64,000 nt of DNA, taken from contig CAVRDX010000004.1 in the NCBI GenBank assembly GCA_963719945.1, positions 288,001 through 352,000 on the forward strand, in the 5' to 3' direction. The notes below the pieces were generated by a model. That model saw only the letters and a list, made by a program, of their open reading frames with translations. It did no database searches and had not been told where the DNA came from. The translations under genes were made by a program, and so were the position numbers. Below are positions 1 through 9,538 of this stretch, one piece after another (position 1 is the stretch's first letter; each line of letters starts with the position of its first letter). The stretch comes from an uncultured Thermoplasmata archaeon (GTDB lineage Archaea; Thermoplasmatota; Thermoplasmata; UBA10834).

Positions 1-2586
1 GTAGTAGTCCAACTGGAGGCTGACTTCCGTTCCCGCCATCGGGGCGATCGACCTTACCCTGACGATCAGACCATCGGATGTCCTCTCGATCGGGTCCTTG
101 AGCATTATCTGGTTGGCGTTGCATTGCGAGCCGTCCACACTGTACCTGAACAGTTCCCAGTTCCCGGTGCTCGTGCCTATTACACCATTGCCATTCAGAT
201 CTATCCAGTCGTGCATCTCGAGCCAATACTCGACATTCTGAACATAGTCCTGTTCAGGGTCGGTCTGCTCGTACGGGATGTACATAGTGACCTCCAGGAG
301 GTCCGTGGATGCAGGCACGTAAGTCGTGATATCGACATATATGTCTGATCTGGGCTTTGTGACGAAGTTCAGGGTGTCACTGCCGGTCTTGAGCAGGATC
401 TCTGGCGATACGACCACCTCAGCATCCTCTGTGCCGAAGTTGTTCGAAGTCACTCCCTGGATCGCTTCCTGTCCGGGCAGCATGAAGTTCGGGAACATCT
501 CGTAGCTCTGACCGTAGACATCGCCTGGATAGACGACACCCTCGGTGAAGACCTCTCCCTGAGTCGTGGAAACCACGCCTGCTGCACCGCTCATGGCATC
601 GGTGAAAGTCTTCGCGTTCAGCCAGCCAGATCCTTGCTTGAACGGATCGAAGTGCATGTCATCGGCAGATGCTAGCAGGACCGCCTTGGCGTAATCCTTC
701 ACAGGTATCGCGCCTTCGTTCGCGAGCTTATATGCCTGGTATCCGAGAGCTGCGCCTCCTGCTGCAGTCGGCGTCGCATGGCTCGTCCCGCTTCCAAGCT
801 GCGAGTGCCTGTACCCGTTCCCTATTGCTTCGTTCACCATGACGCTCATGCTCGGGTCATAGTTGAGCGGAGCCGGTTCCATGGAGTACATGCCAGAAGC
901 GATGATCTCGGAGTTCAGCTTGCCGTTCCTTCCAGGTCCGGAGTTCGAGAACGGCGCCACGTCTCCCCACTGCGCATTGCCTGCGGGTTCGTAGCCCATG
1001 ATGCCTCTGTACTGCATCGTCGTACCCGCACCAACATGGACCGAGGTGTAATCGGTCACACTGTGAACAGTACCGTATCCGGGCCCACCGTTTCCGGAGG
1101 ACCAGAACCATAGTGTCGGTCCTGACATCGAGATCGTGGTGGCGATCATATCTATCAGCTGATAGCCCGCGGCCACAGTGGTATCTGACCATCCGTAGCT
1201 GTTCGTGACTATGTCGGCCTCATCGCCGGTTCCCAGGATCCCATCAACACCGAATTGCGCAAACAGCCACGCGTTCACCGTACTTCCGGTGAATGGTATC
1301 GCTATGAGCTTCGCACCTGGTGCCATGCCCTCCAGCTGTCCGCCGTAGGTATAGCCATTCGCCAATGCTGCGGATGATGTCATAGTCCCATGCGTTCCCG
1401 CATAGGCTCCCATGAATGCTACCGCGTCGCCTGAGCCTGCAACGAACTCCGCTCCGTATGTCCATTCGGATGCGGGGTATTTGTTGACACCATCGCTGAT
1501 CCAGTAGACCATTCCACCGGAATAGTCGGCATATCCATCGCCAGCGTTCCATGCGGAGAAGTCGCTCTTCCCGGTGCTGGCATTGTACGCATCGAAATAC
1601 GATATCTCATCGCCCATGACGCACGCCTTGTCGTTGGTGAAATCGAAATCGCGTGTGACATCGACGTAGACCGTATCGTAGACGCCGGCCACCTGTGAGT
1701 CAATGACCAGTACCGCGATGGGTCCTCCCCAGAGCTGCTCAAGGGTCCAGTCAGGGCTGTATCCCATGTGGACCACACCGCTCTGGCTCGATAGAGCGTT
1801 GCCATCGACATCGGTCAGTCCCTTAATCAGGTACTTCGTGCCGTCGAACTTCACGTACTTGCTATTCTTGACTGTGATCTCGGTCGAAGTGTCTACCACG
1901 CCTCCGCCCGTGCTGCCGCTCGCCCATTGGCTGGCGGCATAGTCATCGTAGCAGATGGGCCATCCGGCATATGTGCCGGACTCATACCTTGCCTGCTGTC
2001 CTTGCAGGTCTGGATGAGCCATGTCGAACCCGTCGTCGATGTCGGCCAACAGTATCGTCTCGCCCGTGTAACCGTCCTCCCATGCGGCCACCGCGCCATG
2101 TACCTCATCTACATCGATATCCTCTGGCTGCGGTGCAGCTACAGCGGCGACCTCTTCCCTCGCGAGGTCTACTCTGTACGAATCGACCATTGGTCTCTCA
2201 TAAGCAAGGATGCTGGTCACTCCATCACTGTCTCCGAGCGCAAGGACCGTCTCCTTGTCCAGAGTCATGAGGCTCGTCAATTGGATGCCTGGAAATTCTT
2301 TTGCCTTTATCGGAGACAATCCTTCAGAGACCAGGAGTTCATTGACCATCTCCTTGTCCGATACGATCACATAGACTTCGAAGGGCCCGTCAGATTCCGA
2401 CAAATCATTCAAGAGTCCGGAATCGATCTTGGACCCGCCCACATAACCCACACTTCTCGCTACATCTCCGTTCACCGCTGCCTGCTCCGCAGCTATCGGT
2501 GCGGAGCCGAGAACGACGAACGATGTCATTACCATCAGAGATGCTAGCGCGAAACTCAGCGCGGCTTTCCTGAAAAACGTATTCAC
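1..2586 (-). CDS. Large secreted subtilisin-like (S8, pyrolysin-like) serine protease, 3' end outside window
   Basis: Absent from the ORF track, presumably because it runs off the edge. Manual translation: GTG start at 2586 after GGGGGAG, signal peptide (MNTFFRKAALSFALASLMVMTSFVVLGSAPIAA), catalytic Asp region ILLADIDDGFDMAHPDL, His region THGTMTSSAA, Ser region GSGTSHATP (Ser codon 783-781, in frame with the start and the window edge). Confidence 0.9.
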   Translation of the reverse strand, partial: MNTFFRKAALSFALASLMVMTSFVVLGSAPIAAEQAAVNGDVARSVGYVGGSKIDSGLLNDLSESDGPFEVYVIVSDKEMVNELLVSEGLSPIKAKEFPGIQLTSLMTLDKETVLALGDSDGVTSILAYERPMVDSYRVDLAREEVAAVAAPQPEDIDVDEVHGAVAAWEDGYTGETILLADIDDGFDMAHPDLQGQQARYESGTYAGWPICYDDYAASQWASGSTGGGVVDTSTEITVKNSKYVKFDGTKYLIKGLTDVDGNALSSQSGVVHMGYSPDWTLEQLWGGPIAVLVIDSQVAGVYDTVYVDVTRDFDFTNDKACVMGDEISYFDAYNASTGKSDFSAWNAGDGYADYSGGMVYWISDGVNKYPASEWTYGAEFVAGSGDAVAFMGAYAGTHGTMTSSAALANGYTYGGQLEGMAPGAKLIAIPFTGSTVNAWLFAQFGVDGILGTGDEADIVTNSYGWSDTTVAAGYQLIDMIATTISMSGPTLWFWSSGNGGPGYGTVHSVTDYTSVHVGAGTTMQYRGIMGYEPAGNAQWGDVAPFSNSGPGRNGKLNSEIIASGMYSMEPAPLNYDPSMSVMVNEAIGNGYRHSQLGSGTSHATPTAAGGAALGYQAYKLANEGAIPVKDYAKAVLLASADDMHFDPFKQGSGWLNAKTFTDAMSGAAGVVSTTQGEVFTEGVVYPGDVYGQSYEMFPNFMLPGQEAIQGVTSNNFGTEDAEVVVSPEILLKTGSDTLNFVTKPRSDIYVDITTYVPASTDLLEVTMYIPYEQTDPEQDYVQNVEYWLEMHDWIDLNGNGVIGTSTGNWELFRYSVDGSQCNANQIMLKDPIERTSDGLIVRVRSIAPMAGTEVSLQLDYY

Positions 2587-2876
2587 TGTTTACTCCCCCT
2601 ATACCTGACCACTCTGAGAGTGGTCATAACCGGTCAGTCCGAAACCGCAATTAGCGGTATTATACTCTATCGGTCAAAGGGTGGGGTCAGTAGTACGAAA
2701 ACTGAAGGAAATCGGTGCGTAAATGAACATGTGCGCGATTGCTGTCAAATCCCACTTTTCATGCCGTAAAATGTCGGAGATAGTCAATCGAAAGACGGTG
2801 TCACTTATCAATATTAAAGTACGAAGACGATTTCCCGTCCATTATAATCATCGGAGTCCGAGAATGGAATGATACA

Positions 2877-4451
2877 ATGAACAAGTACTCTCCAAAACCT
2901 TGGATCGTCCATGGCGCGAATGAGCCCAGTGATAGAATCACTGCCAAACGGATTGGGAAATTGCTCCTCAGCAAGCAGAGGATCGGCCTCTTGCTAGGCC
3001 CTCTGATGTTCGCAATCATCGTGCTCATTCCAGAGCCACAGTCCATGATAGACGCTGCATCGAACGTTGGTGCATCTGATCGTGCTCCTCAGATTGCATT
3101 GGGCACACTTCTCTGGGTCCTCATCTGGTGGGTCTCGGAATGTGTTCCGCTGGGGATTGCCGCGTTGATCCCTCCGATAGTCTTCTCGATGTCGCGGATA
3201 GTCGGCTGGAAGACATCGCTCACATCCTTCACTGACCCAATAATTTGGATATTCATGGCCGGTTTCGTTCTTGCTGCGGCATTCAGGAAGTGGGATCTGG
3301 ACCGCCGAATCGCGGTGAAGCTAGGCCTGCTGTACAAGGGCAAGAATCCCATGATAGCCGCATTCTTTGTCGCGGCCTTGCCTGTCTTCATACTCACGCT
3401 TACCGGTTCCATCACGGCATCGACTGCAGTCGTGTTCCCTTTCCTGATCGCATATCTCTCGATGGCTGGAGTCAAATCCGGTGGCAGGTACAGTGAGGCT
3501 TGTATGCTCGTGCTCGCTCAAGCGGCGACCGCAGGCGCGATGCTGCTCCTCATCAGCACTCCACCCAACTTGATTGCCAAGAGTACTGCAGCGGAATTCG
3601 GGAACATCGACATCACTTTCTTGGACTGGCTAATTATCGGGACACCCCATGCTCTGATCGGCCTTCTCATCACTTGGGTGGTCGTTTTCAAAGTCTTGAA
3701 GCCCGAGGAGAAGAGTGTCGCCGTGGACCGCGACAAGATGATTGCTCTGTCCAAACAGCTTGGCCGTATGAGTAAGGGGGAGAAGGTTGTAGTCGGCCTG
3801 TTGCTCACAGCGATCAGCTTGTGGGTGCTCCCCTCAGTAGTCAAGATACTGGCGGGCTACAACGAAGGTCTTCAGCCTCTTTCCAACGATCTGACTGCCA
3901 TAATGCCGGAGGCGATGCCTGCGGTCTTGGTGATTCTGCTGGCTGGTCTCATAAAGGTCAAGGGAGAACCGGTTCTCAAATGGGAGGAGCTTGCTCGAGG
4001 TATTGACTGGAACATCGTCTTCCTATTCGGAGGCGGCATCGCTCTGGGCATCGGACTCGCAGAGAGTGGGTTCGCGAATTGGCTCGCTACTGGCGTCAGT
4101 AGCGCCCTGGGGCCGGATCCGAGTGCATGGGCGATCTTCGCGATGTCATGTGTGCTCGGGTTCTTGTTGACATATGCTGCATCGAACACGGCCGCTGCGT
4201 TGATCACCTGTCCCATAGCTGCGACCCTCGCATTAGGTGCAGGAGTGTCCCCGATCCCGCCGATCATTGGAGCCGCCCTCGCCTGTTCCATATCTAGTGC
4301 CATCCCGTCGACGACGCCCCCGATGGCGATCGTCTACAGCTCGGGATATGTCAAGATGTGGAGCATGTTCAAGGTAGGGATCATTTCAGATTTGCTCAGG
4401 CTGGGCGTGTTGATATTGATCGGCCCATTCCTTGCCAATCTGCTGCTGTAA
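2877..4451 (+). CDS. SLC13/DASS family sodium:dicarboxylate or sulfate symporter
   Basis: 524 aa, many TM helices, motifs WWVSECVPLG, ISTPPNLI, ASNTAAA, STTPPMAIVY. Confidence 0.9.
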   Translation: MNKYSPKPWIVHGANEPSDRITAKRIGKLLLSKQRIGLLLGPLMFAIIVLIPEPQSMIDAASNVGASDRAPQIALGTLLWVLIWWVSECVPLGIAALIPPIVFSMSRIVGWKTSLTSFTDPIIWIFMAGFVLAAAFRKWDLDRRIAVKLGLLYKGKNPMIAAFFVAALPVFILTLTGSITASTAVVFPFLIAYLSMAGVKSGGRYSEACMLVLAQAATAGAMLLLISTPPNLIAKSTAAEFGNIDITFLDWLIIGTPHALIGLLITWVVVFKVLKPEEKSVAVDRDKMIALSKQLGRMSKGEKVVVGLLLTAISLWVLPSVVKILAGYNEGLQPLSNDLTAIMPEAMPAVLVILLAGLIKVKGEPVLKWEELARGIDWNIVFLFGGGIALGIGLAESGFANWLATGVSSALGPDPSAWAIFAMSCVLGFLLTYAASNTAAALITCPIAATLALGAGVSPIPPIIGAALACSISSAIPSTTPPMAIVYSSGYVKMWSMFKVGIISDLLRLGVLILIGPFLANLLL

Positions 4452-4578
4452 TCGGTCGCGTAATCATCTGGCGCGCGTCCGTTGAGCGCATGCCCGAGCG
4501 CGTGCGCGCGTGGCCAAGTGTGCCCATCATGCATGCTTAAATACGATTGGAACACAAGTGTACGTATAGGGATGCACG

Positions 4579-5736
4579 ATGCCACTGGATTTCATCAGCA
4601 GCGCGCTTAGCAGGAATAGTGAGCGTTCGTCTTCCGAGCAATCGAATGACGATCTTGAGATTGAGAAGATTGCAGCGGGCCTAAATGTCCGTATCAAACT
4701 TGTTGGCTGTGGCGGAGCTGGTTCGAACACCGTCACCAGGTGTTACGAGGACGATCTCTCTGGCGTTGAGATGATCGCGATCAATACCGATGCCAAACAT
4801 CTTCTATCCGTCAAATGCGGTCGGAAACTACTAATCGGAAAAGTCCTCACCAGGGGAATGGGTGCCGGTGCTAGACCAGAGATCGGTGAGAAGGCCGCGA
4901 TGGAGAATGAGCGCGAGATAGGCGAGTTCATGAAGGAGGCGCAGATCGTCTTTGTCACCGCCGGTATGGGTGGCGGAACCGGCACGAGTTCATCGTTCGT
5001 CGCGTCGCGTCTCGCAAAGGAGGCACGCGCACTCACCATTGGTATCGTCACTCTTCCGTTCAAATCCGAAGGGCAGATGCGAATGGATAATGCGCTGTCA
5101 GGATTGACGCGCTTGTCGAAAGTATGCGACACTACGATCGTGATACCGAACGATACGCTGCTCGAACTAGTCCCCAACCTTCCTGTACAGGCTGCGTTCA
5201 AAGTAGCTGACGAACTTCTTCTGCAGACAATTCGGGGATTGACCGAGATGCTCACTCGCTCAGGATTGGTGAATGTTGATTTCGCGGACCTGAGGACGAT
5301 CATGGATGAAGGCGGAGTCTCGTTGATCGGTGTGGGTGAGTCAGATAGTGCTCCAGGCGACAGGATGGATGAAGCAGTCAACGAGGCAATGACTTCGCCG
5401 TTGCTGGGAATGATGGATCTGAAAGAGGCCAAGGGTGCATTGATCAGGGTCGTTGGCGGTCCGGACATGACCATCGAAGAAGCAGCGAGGGCTGCGGAGA
5501 TCATCTCAGGTAGACTGAGGCAAAATGGTCGGTTGATCTGGGGCTGCTCCCTCGAACCGGAGATGTCTGGCCGAGTCAAGATACTACTCATAGCGACAGG
5601 GGCGAAATCGCAGTACGTGCTTCGGAGAGATGGAGAAGATCCGGTCATGCAGTCGGCATGCCAGGATTACCGTGGCGAAATCAACCTGCCACCGGATATC
5701 CGTTCGGACGAAGACCTTGCGATGTTCGTCAGATGA
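4579..5736 (+). CDS. ftsZ: Cell division protein FtsZ (divergent paralog)
   Basis: GCGGAGSN, AINTDA, AGMGGGTGT tubulin signature, TLPFKSEG, IPND, T7 loop NVDFAD. Confidence 0.92.
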   Translation: MPLDFISSALSRNSERSSSEQSNDDLEIEKIAAGLNVRIKLVGCGGAGSNTVTRCYEDDLSGVEMIAINTDAKHLLSVKCGRKLLIGKVLTRGMGAGARPEIGEKAAMENEREIGEFMKEAQIVFVTAGMGGGTGTSSSFVASRLAKEARALTIGIVTLPFKSEGQMRMDNALSGLTRLSKVCDTTIVIPNDTLLELVPNLPVQAAFKVADELLLQTIRGLTEMLTRSGLVNVDFADLRTIMDEGGVSLIGVGESDSAPGDRMDEAVNEAMTSPLLGMMDLKEAKGALIRVVGGPDMTIEEAARAAEIISGRLRQNGRLIWGCSLEPEMSGRVKILLIATGAKSQYVLRRDGEDPVMQSACQDYRGEINLPPDIRSDEDLAMFVR

Positions 5737-5743
5737 ATCCGTG

Positions 5744-7648
5744 TCATATCCCTAGAATGATGTGAGCCGCTGTTCCCATGATGAGCGCTATTGAGACGGA
5801 TCCCAACGCGACTAGGACTGTGCTCTTCATACCGAACTCCTTCACCATCACAGCGAACGCAGCGATGCACGGCAGGAATATGGCCATCACGAGTGCGAAC
5901 ACGAACATCTGTTCAGGGGACAGCTGAAGTGCGAGGTTGCTCGTTCCGAACAGTATCATCAACATCTGCAGTGCCATCTCCTTCCTGAGTATGCCGAACA
6001 CCAATGCGATCACGGTGACACCAGGAAGTCCTAGCAGAGTCATCATGAACCATTCGGATGGACCTATCAATTTGTCCAGCCAGCCGATCACCATCATCGT
6101 CTCAAGGACGATGCTGCCTGCAAGCAGAAGCGGGAAAGCTATCGTGAGGAACTCCTTGACGCGTAGGTATGTTTTCGACAAAATCTGCATCAAGGATGGA
6201 GTTCTCAGATCGGGTATCTCGAGGAATAATCCCGTCGGTTCGAACTTGATAATCTTATGCATCGCATAGCCGAGCGCGACCAGGATGCCCCCTAGTATGA
6301 AATATATCAGTAGCGCCCACCAGACACCTGCGTAATTCCCGACGGTTCCGATGATGATTGCAGTCTGCGCAGAGCAAGGCACCGCTATCGTGATGAGGGT
6401 GGCGAGGATCAGTCGCTCTCTCTTCGACCCCATCGCCCTGGTGGCGAGTATTGCCGGCACATTGCATCCATACCCAACGACCATCGGGATTACAGCTCGT
6501 CCGTGAAGGCCGAATCTGTGCATGACGCCATCGAGCAAAGAGACGACCCTTACGAGATATCCAGTGTCTTCAAGGACTGCAAGCATCAGGTAGAATACCA
6601 GTATGTACGGAACGACGATTGCTAGCATAGCCTCGATGCTAAGGTAGATCCCTTCGACGATTCCTTTTGCGATATCACTGGATAAACCGTTTTCAAAATC
6701 GTTGAAGGGTTGTCTAGCAAGGTCTGAATATGTCCCCACTAGCAATCCCTCGATTGCACCGCCGACGAATACCAGGATCAGGAATATTGACGCCAGTACC
6801 GCTACGAGGATCGGGATTCCAGTCGCGGGTCGAAGGGTCAAGTCTGAGATCAGGCTCCTGTCACGCCTCGCCGTGGCAACCTTACCGATGGCTTCATTCG
6901 AGATTCTGCCAGCTTCCCCAAATCTGTCCCTTTGAATGTGGACTATGACATCCTCGCCATGCTGCTTTTCGAAGTTCTTCCGCATCTCCTCAATGAGTGT
7001 TGCGACCTCTGGCGTGGTCTTCTCCATCACCTTCGGATCCCCGCTCAGCAATCTGATAGCGGCTGCTCTCAACGGGATGTCCCATCTACTTTCATCGAGT
7101 CGGGATTCGATCTTTCTGATCATCTCTTCTATGTGCGAATCGTAGCGGACCTTGAACTTGCTCTTCTTTCTAAGCTGGACTGAAGTGAACAAAAGCGAAT
7201 CGATCCCTTCTCCAGTGGTTGCCACTGTCGGGATGACTGGAATCGATAGAATCCTTTCGAGTCGCTCGACATCGATTATGAGCTTCTTCTTCCTCATGAT
7301 GTCGTACATGTTCAGCGAAGCGACGACATTGTATCCCGATTCTATGAGCTCGAAGAGGAACACAAGATTCCTCTCCAATCTAGAGGAATCGAGCACTGCA
7401 ATGACTGTATCTGGCCTTCTTTTGAAGAGAAGATCCGTGGCGACCCGTTCGTCATCAGTATTTCCGTCGAGTGAATATGTTCCCGGAAGGTCGATCACCG
7501 TGATAGTTGACCCCATGAACTTTGCCTGTCCTTCTGAGAATTCGACCGTGGTTCCAGGATAGTTGGAACTGATTACTCCTACTCCAGTCAGTTTTCCGAA
7601 TATCTGGCTCTTGCCAACATTCGGGTTCCCTGCGAGAGCGATCTCCAC
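5744..7648 (-). CDS. feoB: Ferrous iron transport protein B
   Basis: GNPNVGKS, NYPGTTVE, DLPGTYSL, membrane domain with GYGCNVPA and VPCSAQ. Confidence 0.96.
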   Translation of the reverse strand: MEIALAGNPNVGKSQIFGKLTGVGVISSNYPGTTVEFSEGQAKFMGSTITVIDLPGTYSLDGNTDDERVATDLLFKRRPDTVIAVLDSSRLERNLVFLFELIESGYNVVASLNMYDIMRKKKLIIDVERLERILSIPVIPTVATTGEGIDSLLFTSVQLRKKSKFKVRYDSHIEEMIRKIESRLDESRWDIPLRAAAIRLLSGDPKVMEKTTPEVATLIEEMRKNFEKQHGEDVIVHIQRDRFGEAGRISNEAIGKVATARRDRSLISDLTLRPATGIPILVAVLASIFLILVFVGGAIEGLLVGTYSDLARQPFNDFENGLSSDIAKGIVEGIYLSIEAMLAIVVPYILVFYLMLAVLEDTGYLVRVVSLLDGVMHRFGLHGRAVIPMVVGYGCNVPAILATRAMGSKRERLILATLITIAVPCSAQTAIIIGTVGNYAGVWWALLIYFILGGILVALGYAMHKIIKFEPTGLFLEIPDLRTPSLMQILSKTYLRVKEFLTIAFPLLLAGSIVLETMMVIGWLDKLIGPSEWFMMTLLGLPGVTVIALVFGILRKEMALQMLMILFGTSNLALQLSPEQMFVFALVMAIFLPCIAAFAVMVKEFGMKSTVLVALGSVSIALIMGTAAHIILGI

Positions 7649-7657
7649 CCCATCACC

Positions 7658-8326
7658 TCAAGAAGCCCTCATGATCCGAAGGGTCGCTCCGATATCCCTG
7701 GCGATCGCCACCTTCGTGCCTTTCACGGAGACGATTATTGGTCCTCCCATTGGGATCTTCTTCTCCATCTTCACCTCAGAGCCCGGAACGAACCCCATCG
7801 CTAGTATCCTGCATAATTCGTCCTTGTTGGTCGACTCCAGATGTGAGACGGTTCCCACCTCTCCCTCGTCGAGATCCAGCAGAAGCACAGTATCGTTCGC
7901 GCATTTCTCACAAGGTATCCCCCGACCACATTTCGGTATCTTCTTGCCGTGGGGACATTCGGATGGATGGTTCAACAATCTGCAGAGCTGCTGTTCCGCT
8001 TCATCTGACAATGCATGCTCCATCTTGCACGCCTGTTCATGTCTGGAATTGCCTCTGATCCCAACATAATCATGCAGGAACCTTTCGAGGAGTCTATGCT
8101 TTCTGGTGACATTGCACGCTATTCTGCGCCCCTTCGGCTTAAGGGTGACTCCCTTGTACTTTTCATGACTGACATAGCCCTGCTTGGCGAGTTTCTGTAT
8201 CATCTCGGTCACGGAGGCGGGTGAGATGGCCAGTGCCTCCGCTATGTCCGAAGTCCTTGCCAGGCCGCCATCCTCTGTCAGGCTGTATACTATCTTGAGG
8301 TACTGCTCAGTTATCTCCGAGGCCAT
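7658..8326 (-). CDS. DtxR/MntR-family metal-dependent repressor with C-terminal FeoA domain
   Basis: EQYLKIVY wHTH, RKHRLLERFL, ACKMEHALS, CPHGKKIP, FeoA-like MGFVPGSEV tail. Confidence 0.93.
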   Translation of the reverse strand: MASEITEQYLKIVYSLTEDGGLARTSDIAEALAISPASVTEMIQKLAKQGYVSHEKYKGVTLKPKGRRIACNVTRKHRLLERFLHDYVGIRGNSRHEQACKMEHALSDEAEQQLCRLLNHPSECPHGKKIPKCGRGIPCEKCANDTVLLLDLDEGEVGTVSHLESTNKDELCRILAMGFVPGSEVKMEKKIPMGGPIIVSVKGTKVAIARDIGATLRIMRAS

Positions 8327-8336
8327 CTGAAGGGAA

Positions 8337-8358
8337 TTAGGCTGACCTAAATTATAAA
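8337..8358 (-). promoter_or_regulatory. DtxR/MntR-type operator TTAGG-N4-CCTAA plus TATA box
   Basis: Palindrome TTAGGCTGACCTAA at 8337-8350 between TTTATAA (minus strand, 8358-8352) and the ATG at 8326. Confidence 0.8.
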
Positions 8359-8415
8359 CCTTGCTCCTGTGTGTGATCAGCTCCGAGGTCGTTCAACCTG
8401 GGTTCTGAGCTCTTT

Positions 8416-8625
8416 TCATTTCCGATGGTCAAGGTACCTCTTGAATGGGTATGTCTTCAGCTTGATGTCCCTCTCCCCATCAGGAGGATATTCCTCATTA
8501 TATTCCATCTTAGCAACATCGAGTTCCTTCTCGTTCAGAGAGGATGGTTTTATTCCATAATTCTGAACGAGCCAAGTCTCAAAATCGAATTTCAGCCAAA
8601 CCACCATAAATGGAAGCACTAACAT
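8416..8625 (-). CDS. Small hypothetical protein
   Basis: 69-aa ORF filling the gap between operons; no recognisable motif; start uncertain. Confidence 0.4.
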   Translation of the reverse strand: MLVLPFMVVWLKFDFETWLVQNYGIKPSSLNEKELDVAKMEYNEEYPPDGERDIKLKTYPFKRYLDHRK

Positions 8626-8640
8626 GGGAATTAAACCCTT

Positions 8641-9538
8641 TCATGAAACGTCAGTTTTTTCGAGTAGCCCGGATAATCGCTCCCAACACTCGTTCATCGC
8701 ATCGATGGCAGGACATTTCAATCGATCATCGATGACGTTTCCCTTTTGCCATCTCTTTCGCCAAGATCTCATCGTACGGTATCTTGCCAAGGAAATCAAC
8801 GCCTCTCTCCATTGCCATTCTCTCAATGGAACCCGTGGCGTCAGCGTTGATGTCTGCCCTATTCACGACGATGGCAGCTCTGATCCCAAAACCATGTACC
8901 AGGTCCAGTATTCTCTCGAGATCGCTGAGGCCAGAATTGGTCGGTTCAGTGACAACCACAGCAATGTTCGCGCCTGACAATGATGATATGACCGGGCATC
9001 CAACTCCCGGTGGTCCATCAACGAGAATGAATGGAAGATCATGTTCTCTTGCCATCATCCGGGCTTTTTGTTTTACTATCGCCACCAGCTTTCCCGAGTT
9101 CTCGGCACCTGGTTCCAGGAGCGCATGTATCATTGTTCCGCAGTCGGTTTCTGAGACGAACCAATCACCGACATACCTGTCCTTCATCTCGACTGCCCCA
9201 TTGTCACATATCCTGGCACATAGAGCGCATCCTTCACACGCATCTGCATCTATTCTGACCTTGCCAATGCCAGGATTGCCTGTGCTTAGTATGGCATCGA
9301 ATCTGCATGCAGGGATGCACCAACCACAACTGGAGCACATGGTATCATTTATCTCCGCAATCTTCGAACCGATGAAACGCTCACTCTGAACCATCTTTGG
9401 CCTAAGCATCAGATGAAGGTTCGGCGCATCGACGTCACAATCCGCCAGCACTTTATCATGCATCACAGAGGCCAGAAATCCTAGAAATGTGGTCTTGCCA
9501 GTTCCACCTTTTCCGCTTATTACGACGATTTCCTTCAT
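8641..9538 (-). CDS. MinD-superfamily P-loop ATPase with inserted 2x[4Fe-4S] ferredoxin (apparent frameshift near 8738-8747)
   Basis: SGKGGTGKT, DCDVDAPN, CSSCGWC/CEGCALC, DGPPGVGCP. The plausible C-terminus (NVIDDRLKCPAIDAMNECWERL) continues in the next frame to 8641. Confidence 0.88.

Noticed and set aside
775-795. S8 motif GTSH instead of GTSM
   Set aside because: This position varies among subtilases, and AGCCATGCG differs from AGCATGGCG by a compensating indel pair, plausible as error in this assembly.
124-2547. Short ORFs listed by the track in 0-2.6 kb, and long antisense ORFs elsewhere (e.g. 4743-5648, 26248-26940, 58805-59545)
   Set aside because: Shadows of real genes on the opposite strand or frame; no motifs or RBS.
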